Assembly (NCBI GenBank): GCA_965248195.1
Contig: CBDFIQ010000002.1
Coordinates: 160,001-224,000 of the forward strand
DNA length: 64,000 nucleotides
Source: Longimicrobiales bacterium
GTDB taxonomy: Bacteria; Gemmatimonadota; Gemmatimonadetes; Longimicrobiales; Gaopeijiaceae
Direction of reading: 5' to 3'
Every line of letters begins with the position of its first letter. The first letter of the stretch is position 1. A program made the translations under genes and the position numbers. Of the stretch, positions 56,926 through 64,000 are shown one piece after another. Below the pieces are notes generated by a model, which made no database searches, was not told the DNA's origin, and saw only the letters and a list, made by a program, of their open reading frames with translations.

Positions 56926-58247
56926 GCGCCGCGTCCGCCACGGGGGGGCGACTCGCCGCTTCGGATGTTCTCGCGGCGGTGGCCCGCGGGCGGAGGCTCG
57001 ACCGGGCCTTTGCGGCCGCTACTCGTTCACTCGACGCCCGTGATCGTGCGTGGTGCCGAGAGTTGGTGTTCGGCATTCAGCGACTCCGGGGTCGGCTCGA
57101 TTACCTGCTCGATCGGAGGGTGAAGCGGGGTCTCGAAAGCGTAAAGCCCGGCGTGCGGGACTCACTTCGGATCGGCCTTTACGAGATGCTTTATATGGGC
57201 GGCGTGCCCGAGTACGCTAGTGTGTCCCAGGCGGTCGATCTCGCCCAGTCCAAGGGCGGCCGGGGTGTCGCCGGATTCGCGAACGCTGTACTTCGAGGCA
57301 TTGCGCGGGATGGCGGTGGCCCGGAGAACTTTCCCGACCCCGAAACCCATCCGGTGGAGTTCTTGTCCTCGTGGGGTTCGCATCCCAGGTGGCTGGTGGA
57401 GCGGTGGCTCACACGTTGGTCCTTCGTAGATGTGCGGAAGCTGGTCGAAGCGAACAACAGCGTCCCTCCCATATCCCTTCGGTGCCTCTGGGACCGCCCG
57501 GAGGAGGCTGTGGAGGCGCTGGAAGCCGAGCAGATTACTGCCGCCGTTGTCGGTTCTGGCACGGGATGTGTAATGATTCATGGGCATGCGTCACTGGAAG
57601 AGGCGATGAGGGTGGTTCCAGCCGTGGTACAGGACCCCGCGGCCGCCTTGGTGGTCTCGTATTCCGATCCTGACGCCGATGCCCGCATCGCGGACCTTTG
57701 TGCGGCGCCGGGCGGCAAGACGTTGGCGCTCGCGGCGCGAGGCAATCTGGTCTTGGCGGCGGATCGGTCGATCGAGCGCCTGCGCCTCGTTCGGGAGAAC
57801 GTAAACAGGGTGAGAGAACAGGGTGAACGCCGGATTCGGGTAAGTACGGTGCAGGCGGATGCGCTCACACCACCGGTCAGCCGGCCCGACATGCTGTTGT
57901 TGGACGTTCCCTGCACAGGTACGGGGACACTGAGGCGGAACCCGGATATACGCTGGAGGCTCACGCCGGATCGGCTGGATGAGATGGTGGCCTTTCAAGG
58001 CCGTCTTCTGGACGTGTGCGCCGACGTAGTACCGAAGGGAGGTGTGTTGGTGTACGCAACGTGCAGCCTCGAGCCCGAAGAAAACGAGGAACAGATCGAG
58101 GCCTTCACGGCCCGACGGCCGGAGTTCCATATGGATCACGGCGAAGGGGTGAACGGAGAGTTCTTGGACGATCGGGGTTATCTCTATGTCCTGCCGCAGG
58201 CATTCGGCTTCGACGGAGCGTTCGCAGCCCGTCTGAGGAGGGTGTAA
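56922..58247 (+). CDS. rsmB: 16S rRNA m5C967 methyltransferase
   Basis: NusB-like N-domain, SHPxWL, QD, DLCAAPGGKT, DVPCTGTG, YATCSLEPEEN; start codon uncertain (CTG?). Confidence 0.93.
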   Translation: MSAASATGGRLAASDVLAAVARGRRLDRAFAAATRSLDARDRAWCRELVFGIQRLRGRLDYLLDRRVKRGLESVKPGVRDSLRIGLYEMLYMGGVPEYASVSQAVDLAQSKGGRGVAGFANAVLRGIARDGGGPENFPDPETHPVEFLSSWGSHPRWLVERWLTRWSFVDVRKLVEANNSVPPISLRCLWDRPEEAVEALEAEQITAAVVGSGTGCVMIHGHASLEEAMRVVPAVVQDPAAALVVSYSDPDADARIADLCAAPGGKTLALAARGNLVLAADRSIERLRLVRENVNRVREQGERRIRVSTVQADALTPPVSRPDMLLLDVPCTGTGTLRRNPDIRWRLTPDRLDEMVAFQGRLLDVCADVVPKGGVLVYATCSLEPEENEEQIEAFTARRPEFHMDHGEGVNGEFLDDRGYLYVLPQAFGFDGAFAARLRRV

Positions 58248-58309
58248 CAGTGTGGTTCCGACGGACGTGAGCGAGGAGCGCACGTGGAGACGAGGCGAGA
58301 GACGTTGAC

Positions 58310-59149
58310 ATGAGACTGGGAAGCTCGATTCGGCGGCGCCGATTCCGCAGTGACGGGCGCTTCGAGTGGCCGAAGGCGTGGCGGCCGTTGAGTCTCGGCT
58401 CGCTCAACCCTTCCAGAGATGCCGTTGTCGTGGCGGGGGGGGTTCTGGTCTTCGGCTTGGTCTTCGGCTACCTGGTGACCACTCGTCTACTCTTTCCGAT
58501 GCCGGCGCGGCCACAAGATCTCTTCGAGGTGCCCGATGTCCGGGGACTCGACCGTGCGGCGGCTCTGGACATGATGGAGAGGGCCGGAATTCCCGCCGTC
58601 GTGACGGATTCGTTTCGGCATCCCACAGCGTTGAGGGATGAAGTTTTGGGTCAGGCGCCCCTCGCCGGGCAACTTTCTACGGCGACGAACACAGTCGCCT
58701 TGACCGTGAGCTTGGGCCCGGTGCGGAGGCCAGTGCCGGATGTGGTCCGGCTCGGCCTGAACTCAGCCAGGACGGTTCTCGAAGCGAGCGGCTTCACAGT
58801 CGTCGTGGACACGCTGTTAGCTGAGCTACCGGCAGGCCAGGTGGTGGAGATAATCCCTGAGGCTGGTACCGACGTGGATCTTCCTATGGAGGTCATAGTT
58901 CTTGTGAGCATCGGGCCTCCGTTGGTCCCTATGCCGCTCCTTCTCGGGATCGAACAGGCGAATGCCGAAGTCCTGCTCGATTCCCTCCAGTTCGAGCTAG
59001 CCGAAATCGAGTATCGGTTCCGGTTCGGGCGGGATCAGGGGCGGGTCGTTGAGCAGTTTCCGCCGGCGGACAGCCTCGTGGCCCCCGGGAGTCGGGTGAG
59101 CTTGGTCGTCGGGAGGCGATCCTCGGCCCGGCGCGGCGGCAGAAACTAG
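58310..59149 (+). CDS. PASTA domain-containing membrane protein
   Basis: TM followed by three VPDV/MP...Q.P..G...V.L.VS repeats. Confidence 0.88.
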   Translation: MRLGSSIRRRRFRSDGRFEWPKAWRPLSLGSLNPSRDAVVVAGGVLVFGLVFGYLVTTRLLFPMPARPQDLFEVPDVRGLDRAAALDMMERAGIPAVVTDSFRHPTALRDEVLGQAPLAGQLSTATNTVALTVSLGPVRRPVPDVVRLGLNSARTVLEASGFTVVVDTLLAELPAGQVVEIIPEAGTDVDLPMEVIVLVSIGPPLVPMPLLLGIEQANAEVLLDSLQFELAEIEYRFRFGRDQGRVVEQFPPADSLVAPGSRVSLVVGRRSSARRGGRN

Positions 59150-59215
59150 CTCATATCCGGATACATAAGTTAAATTAGAGTCCGATCCTCTAGTTCTACA
59201 CAGGCTTTTTGGCAC

Positions 59216-59797
59216 ATGACGGTTGAACCGACACCGAGTACCCGATATTCGAATCGACCTTACGCGTATGCCTTGGTTGGGGTCGTTCTGCTCATCATTT
59301 TCGCCTGGTCGAACCAAGATCGCGTTCAGCCGGTGACCGTGGGAACCGTCGCTCCCGAATTCGAGGTCAATGATCTCGATGGCGGTCTCGCTCGCCTCAG
59401 CGACCACAACGGTGAGGTCGTATTGGTCAACATCTGGGCAACGTGGTGCCTCCCCTGCCGGGTTGAAATGCCCTCTATGGAGCGCCTCTATCAGGAAATC
59501 GGTGAGGACGGGTTCGAGATCATGGCGGTCAGCATCGATGCCGAACTGGGCGGATTCGACCTTGCCGGCCGTCCTGGAGGGGACATTCAGGTCTTCGCTG
59601 ACTCGCTCGGGCTGACGTTTCCGATGCTCCACGATCCCTCAGGGGGGATCGAGCGTCTGTATCGCACCACGGGCGTACCGGAGACGTTTCTGATCGGTCG
59701 GGACGGAATCATTTACAAGAAGGTGGCGGGCGGGACCGAGTGGCACGCGCCGCAGCACAAGGCTCTCATCCAGCGTCTACTGGCTGCTCCCAAGTGA
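59216..59797 (+). CDS. TlpA/ResA-family thiol-disulfide oxidoreductase
   Basis: N-terminal TM, NIWATWCLPCRVEMP, GVPETF. Confidence 0.92.
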   Translation: MTVEPTPSTRYSNRPYAYALVGVVLLIIFAWSNQDRVQPVTVGTVAPEFEVNDLDGGLARLSDHNGEVVLVNIWATWCLPCRVEMPSMERLYQEIGEDGFEIMAVSIDAELGGFDLAGRPGGDIQVFADSLGLTFPMLHDPSGGIERLYRTTGVPETFLIGRDGIIYKKVAGGTEWHAPQHKALIQRLLAAPK

Positions 59798-59827
59798 TTC
59801 CGCGTCCCTTGCGCAAGACTGGTTGAA

Positions 59828-60787
59828 ATGCCCCCCCAGCCTTTGTTGGGCCGCCTGGCCCGCGACGGCCGACTCAAGGTGGCGTCCTTAGGGCTGGCTC
59901 TTTTCCTCTGGGTTCTGGTCCGGCTTGGTGCCCCGGGCGAGCGTGATCTCATGGTTCCGATCAATATCCGGCTGGACGATCCGGCCTGGGTCGTGCGGGG
60001 GGATCCGGTTCCGGCCACCGTGCTCGTCCGCTTCCGCGGCCCTCCAACCGAGATCTTCCGTCTCACCGGGTTGGCCGGTATGTCGGTGGCCGTGCCTATC
60101 ACGGAAGTGTCGGGGGAGGAGATGGTGATCCCGCTCCAACCGGGGTGGGTGCCGGTGGACGGATACCGGGGTGTGCAGGTGGAGGACATCGTTCCCAGCG
60201 CGATCAACCTTTCTCTCGATCGGTTGGTAACGAGGAACATTCCGGTTCGCGTCAGCACCCGCGGAAGATTGCCGGAGCACCTTGCTCTGGCCCGTGCGCC
60301 CTCCTTGACGCCCAGCCTTGTTCGGGTGAACGGACCGGCGAGACTCGTAGAGAACCTCGACACTTTGGACATTGTCCCCGTGGCCCTCGGCGAGCTCGAC
60401 GAGCAGGCCACCGTGGAGACCGTCGTGGATACGGCGGGAATGGGCCGAGTGACGGTCGAGCCCTACGTCCTCACACTGAGAATCCCGGCGGAGGAAACCA
60501 TTGAGCGGGTGTTTGCCGGAGTTCCGGTCATCACCGACCGGCTCTTGGGATATGGGCCGATCGAGGTTTTCCCCGAGTCCGTACAGGTCACCGTGACGGG
60601 TGCGCGCAGCCGCGTGTTAGCGACAGAGCCAAATTTCTTGAGAGCCGTGGTACCGGCCTCCGCGATTCAGGATCTCACTGAGGTTGAAATGCGCCGGGTT
60701 CCGATCGTGGTGGAGGGGGTTCCCCCCTACGTGTCTGTGGTGACGGGAGTCGACACGGTTGCGGTTCGCAGGCGGCTCGGGCTGTGA
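59828..60787 (+). CDS. YbbR/CdaR-like domain protein
   Basis: LKVASLGLALFLW anchor; repeated P..V.V.(F/V).G motifs. Confidence 0.8.
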   Translation: MPPQPLLGRLARDGRLKVASLGLALFLWVLVRLGAPGERDLMVPINIRLDDPAWVVRGDPVPATVLVRFRGPPTEIFRLTGLAGMSVAVPITEVSGEEMVIPLQPGWVPVDGYRGVQVEDIVPSAINLSLDRLVTRNIPVRVSTRGRLPEHLALARAPSLTPSLVRVNGPARLVENLDTLDIVPVALGELDEQATVETVVDTAGMGRVTVEPYVLTLRIPAEETIERVFAGVPVITDRLLGYGPIEVFPESVQVTVTGARSRVLATEPNFLRAVVPASAIQDLTEVEMRRVPIVVEGVPPYVSVVTGVDTVAVRRRLGL

Positions 60788-61836
60788 GCGGTCCGCTCAT
60801 TCTGGGCCTTGAGACCAGTTGTGACGAAACCTCCGCAGCGGTCTTGAAGGCCCCCGACACCCTCAAGGGCCATGTGATCTACTCTCAGGACGAGCACGCC
60901 TTGTATGGCGGTGTCGTTCCGGAGATTGCGGCGCGTGCCCACGTGCAGCGTATCGACGATGTGGTCGATCGGGCGCTGAGGGAGGCGGGTTGCGTCATGA
61001 GCGACTTAGACGCTGTGGCCGTCACGGCGGGCCCCGGGCTCATCGGCGCACTCTTGGTGGGTGTCTGCTGGGCGAAGGCTGCCGCCTTCGCTCTGGCGAG
61101 GCCACTCGTGACCGTCCACCACATGGAGGCCCATCTCTTCGCCCCCTCCCTTGAAAACCCTGAAGCTGTGCCGCCGTTCGTGGCGTTGCTCGTCTCGGGG
61201 GGTCATACCTTACTCCTTTACGTGCCGGAGTGGGGCACCTACCACTTGTTGGGGGAAACCCGGGATGACGCGGCCGGTGAGGCTTTCGACAAGGTCGCGA
61301 GGCTTCTCGGCATGCCGTACCCCGGTGGACCGGCCATAGAAGCAGCGGCATCCGGGGGTGACCAGGCACGCTACCACCTTCCTCGGCCGATGCTACGACG
61401 GAATCAGAGTCCCGGCGACGACGATTTCTACGATTTCTCGTTCAGTGGGTTGAAGACGGCCGTGGTGACCCTGGTCGGTGAGATCGAGGCAGATCGGCCG
61501 CTCGACCCTGAGAGGGACGACGTTGCGGCGTCATTCCAGGAGGCGGTAGCAGATGTCCTGACCGAGAAGACCATGCGTGCGGTGGAAGAAAAGGACTGCG
61601 CACGCGTACTTCTCGGGGGTGGGGTGGCAGCCAACGGGAGACTGCGTGAAGCGTTGGCAAGGCGGCTCGAGCCAGATGGCTTGCTCCTAAATGCGTCTCC
61701 ACGGCTTTCACTGGACAATGGTGCGATGGTGGCGAAGGCAGGGGCGTTTCGCCTGGAGCGAGGAGAGGTGGCGTCGCTGGACGCCTCGGCGGATCCTAAC
61801 TTGCCCTTCCCCGGATTGATGAAGGCTTCCGCCTGA
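60784..61836 (+). CDS. tsaD: t6A37 threonylcarbamoyltransferase TsaD
   Basis: LGLETSCDET, GGVVPE, HHMEAH, VSGGHT, DDAAGEAFDK, FSGLKT, DNGAM. Confidence 0.97.
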   Translation: MSGPLILGLETSCDETSAAVLKAPDTLKGHVIYSQDEHALYGGVVPEIAARAHVQRIDDVVDRALREAGCVMSDLDAVAVTAGPGLIGALLVGVCWAKAAAFALARPLVTVHHMEAHLFAPSLENPEAVPPFVALLVSGGHTLLLYVPEWGTYHLLGETRDDAAGEAFDKVARLLGMPYPGGPAIEAAASGGDQARYHLPRPMLRRNQSPGDDDFYDFSFSGLKTAVVTLVGEIEADRPLDPERDDVAASFQEAVADVLTEKTMRAVEEKDCARVLLGGGVAANGRLREALARRLEPDGLLLNASPRLSLDNGAMVAKAGAFRLERGEVASLDASADPNLPFPGLMKASA

Positions 61837-61883
61837 GCGTGCCCTCGGACCCGAACCCCGAACCCTGAACTAGGACGCTGAGC

Positions 61884-62741
61884 TTGTATCCGATCTTCTT
61901 CCGTCTCCCGAGTTGGCTGCCCTTCATGGGCGGGGAGCCGATCACATCCTTCGGCGTGTTCATGTTCCTTTCCTTCCTTACAGGGGGCGTGCTGCTGCGA
62001 TCCGAGATGGAGCGCACAGGACATGATCCGGAGCGAGCCTGGGATCTGGTGTTCATGGCGGTCCTGGGGGGCGTCATTGGAGCCAAGATCTACTACGTGC
62101 TCCTCAACTACGAGGCGCTTCTGGCCAATCCGTTTTCGGCCATTTTTTCACGGGGTGGAATGGTGTGGTACGGGGGATTCGCGGGGGCGCTTCTTCTCAT
62201 CGTCTACGAGATCAAGCGGAGGGCTTTGCCACTCGGAAAGATGGCGGACCTCTGTTCCCCGACACTCGCCATCGGGTATGCCGTTGGCCGGATGGGTTGT
62301 TTCCTGGTCGGAGACGACTACGGGCGTCCCACCGCCTCCTGGTTCGGGATCGCGTTTCCGCGCGGCACGCCACCCACACGAGTGGAGGAGTTCGAGAGCC
62401 ACTTCGGTGTTCAAGTCGATCCGACCATCGTTGAACGCTTCGGGCAGGTCGTTCCGGTGCACCCCACCCAACTTTACGAGATTGCGATGGCCTCCCTCAT
62501 CTTTCTCGTTCTCTGGAAGCTCCGGGTCCACAACCACGGAGCGGGATGGCTCTGGTGGATTTGTTTGACGCTGCTCAGCGCCGAGCGCTTCCTTGTGGAG
62601 TTCGTTCGGGTCAAGGACGACCGCTTTCTCGGTCCCCTCACTCTTGCTCAGGGCATCGCGTTTATGCTCGCGCTCCTCGGTCTATGGGGGGTCGGCCGAA
62701 CCTGGTCCGCAGGAGGAAAGTCCAAAGGAGTCGAAGCCTGA
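61884..62741 (+). CDS. lgt: prolipoprotein diacylglyceryl transferase
   Basis: GGMVWYGG, GRMGCF..GDDYG, HPTQLYE, RFLVEFVR. Confidence 0.95.
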   Translation: MYPIFFRLPSWLPFMGGEPITSFGVFMFLSFLTGGVLLRSEMERTGHDPERAWDLVFMAVLGGVIGAKIYYVLLNYEALLANPFSAIFSRGGMVWYGGFAGALLLIVYEIKRRALPLGKMADLCSPTLAIGYAVGRMGCFLVGDDYGRPTASWFGIAFPRGTPPTRVEEFESHFGVQVDPTIVERFGQVVPVHPTQLYEIAMASLIFLVLWKLRVHNHGAGWLWWICLTLLSAERFLVEFVRVKDDRFLGPLTLAQGIAFMLALLGLWGVGRTWSAGGKSKGVEA

Positions 62742-62765
62742 CGAATCGGGCAGGATGAGGCAAGA

Positions 62766-63581
62766 ATGCTGACGGTCCTACACGGGTCGGACGTACACTT
62801 TGGCAAACCTCATCGCCCGAGCGTAGCCACCGCCTTTCTCGAGATGGCGCGCACTGTGGCGCCCGATGTGATCGTCTTGGCGGGAGACTTCACGCAGCGG
62901 GCGAAGGTGCGAGAGTATGAGCAGGCCCGAACCTTCCTCCGGCAGGTTCAGGATGTGCCCGTTGTCGTCACGCCGGGGAACCACGACATCCCGCTCTACC
63001 GGGTCCTCGAGCGCCTTTTTGCTCCATTTCGGAATTACCGGGCGTTCATCTCGGAGGAACTCGATACCGCCACCCGGGTCGGCGCAGCGGTTCTCGTGGC
63101 GTTGAACTCCGCGGAACCTCACCGAAGACTCGTCAACGGACGCATCGAGGATCGTCAACTTCGATTTCTCGCACGCATCTTTCGGGAAACATTTGATGCG
63201 GATGTCCGTATCGTAGTGACGCACCATGCGTTTGCCCCTCCGCCGGACGGTGGATGGGACGCGCCCCTCCCGGGAGGCGGCGCCATCCTGGACCGGTTCC
63301 GGGAGTTGGGAGTGGATTTGGTTCTCAGTGGGCATTTTCATCGCGGCTTTGTGACGCGTTCGTCCGATGTGAGGCCGGGCCATCGGGGCCACGGCGATAT
63401 CGCGATCGTCCACAGCGGAACCGCTGCCTCTAGCCGGGGCCGAGCGGCCGAGAAAGGGGAAAACAGTGTGAACGTGTTGAAGGTCGACCGAGAAAAAATC
63501 GAAGTGATTCCTCACTGGTTCGAGAAAGACAGATCGGGGTTCGCGGCGCGCGAGCCCATCACCATCTGGCGCATCGAATGA
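62766..63581 (+). CDS. calcineurin-like metallophosphoesterase
   Basis: SDVH, GDFTQ, PGNHD, THH, SGHFH. Confidence 0.92.
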   Translation: MLTVLHGSDVHFGKPHRPSVATAFLEMARTVAPDVIVLAGDFTQRAKVREYEQARTFLRQVQDVPVVVTPGNHDIPLYRVLERLFAPFRNYRAFISEELDTATRVGAAVLVALNSAEPHRRLVNGRIEDRQLRFLARIFRETFDADVRIVVTHHAFAPPPDGGWDAPLPGGGAILDRFRELGVDLVLSGHFHRGFVTRSSDVRPGHRGHGDIAIVHSGTAASSRGRAAEKGENSVNVLKVDREKIEVIPHWFEKDRSGFAAREPITIWRIE

Positions 63582-63778
63582 CCAGATTCTTCGTGCGGAG
63601 GGAGGCGGGAATCCACGAAACGGTGGGGGCGCTGGCCGTCGCCTTGGGTATCGGCGGCTTGTCTTTCTATCTGGCCCGGATGCTTCTCGCTCGCGATGAT
63701 TTGGAATCCAAAGCTCCGCCGCACGTGGCCGGGGACTCCGAACGTCTCCGGCCCGCTGGAAGCGAGGGGGCTAGGTAA
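63578..63778 (+). CDS. small single-TM protein
   Basis: ATGA coupling, hydrophobic helix. Confidence 0.55.
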   Translation: MTRFFVRREAGIHETVGALAVALGIGGLSFYLARMLLARDDLESKAPPHVAGDSERLRPAGSEGAR

Positions 63779-63785
63779 AGAGCGC

Positions 63786-64000
63786 ATGCGGATCTCGTTC
63801 GCCCGCATCTTGTTGATCCTGCTGGTGGCTCGGGCACCCCTCCTCGGCCAGGCGCCCCCCCTCGAGGTCTTGAGCATCGACTTTCTGGGTAACGAGGCGT
63901 TTCCGGCGGATTCGCTCGCGCGCACGATCGTCAATCGTGAGACGAGGTGCCGTTCCTTCTCGGTGTTCGGGCTCTTCTGTCCCTTTGGTGCCCAGCGCGA
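63786..64000 (+). CDS. POTRA-containing BamA/TamA-like protein (partial)
   Basis: Signal peptide MRISFARILL..., then VLSIDFLGNEAF POTRA start; runs off the window. Confidence 0.65.
   Translation, partial: MRISFARILLILLVARAPLLGQAPPLEVLSIDFLGNEAFPADSLARTIVNRETRCRSFSVFGLFCPFGAQR

Overview
High-GC bacterial DNA. The housekeeping gene order (yebC-ruvC-ruvA-ruvB-queA ... tgt-yajC-def-fmt-thiE/tenI-thiS-thiG-rsmB-PASTA-TlpA-YbbR-tsaD-lgt-phosphoesterase-BamA-like) suggests Gemmatimonadota, but this is an inference. queA and tgt, normally neighbours, are separated by about 48 kb of accessory DNA (4.2-52.1 kb). That region holds: (i) a 3-keto-glycoside (oxidation/elimination) sugar catabolic locus; (ii) an unusual sterol-desaturase / GH3 / enolase-superfamily / second GH3 cluster with a 25-aa coupled peptide ORF, next to a YUCCA-like flavin monooxygenase; (iii) a dCache-HAMP-GGDEF gene with a histone-like tail, split by an IS3-family element; (iv) an OsmC/flavoprotein cluster hit by an IS256; (v) an ECF sigma / CBM48-bearing anti-sigma / CBM48 surface-protein module with two near-identical predicted ECF promoters and a tetranucleotide slippage frameshift in the sigma gene; (vi) GAF, amidohydrolase, duplicated permease, DUF5916 and rhodanese genes. 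A 159-bp MITE sits between yebC and ruvC. Many accessory genes are frameshifted, truncated or IS-disrupted, while the core genes are intact. I recognised no rRNA, tRNA or CRISPR array. All family calls come from motif recognition by eye, not from database searches.
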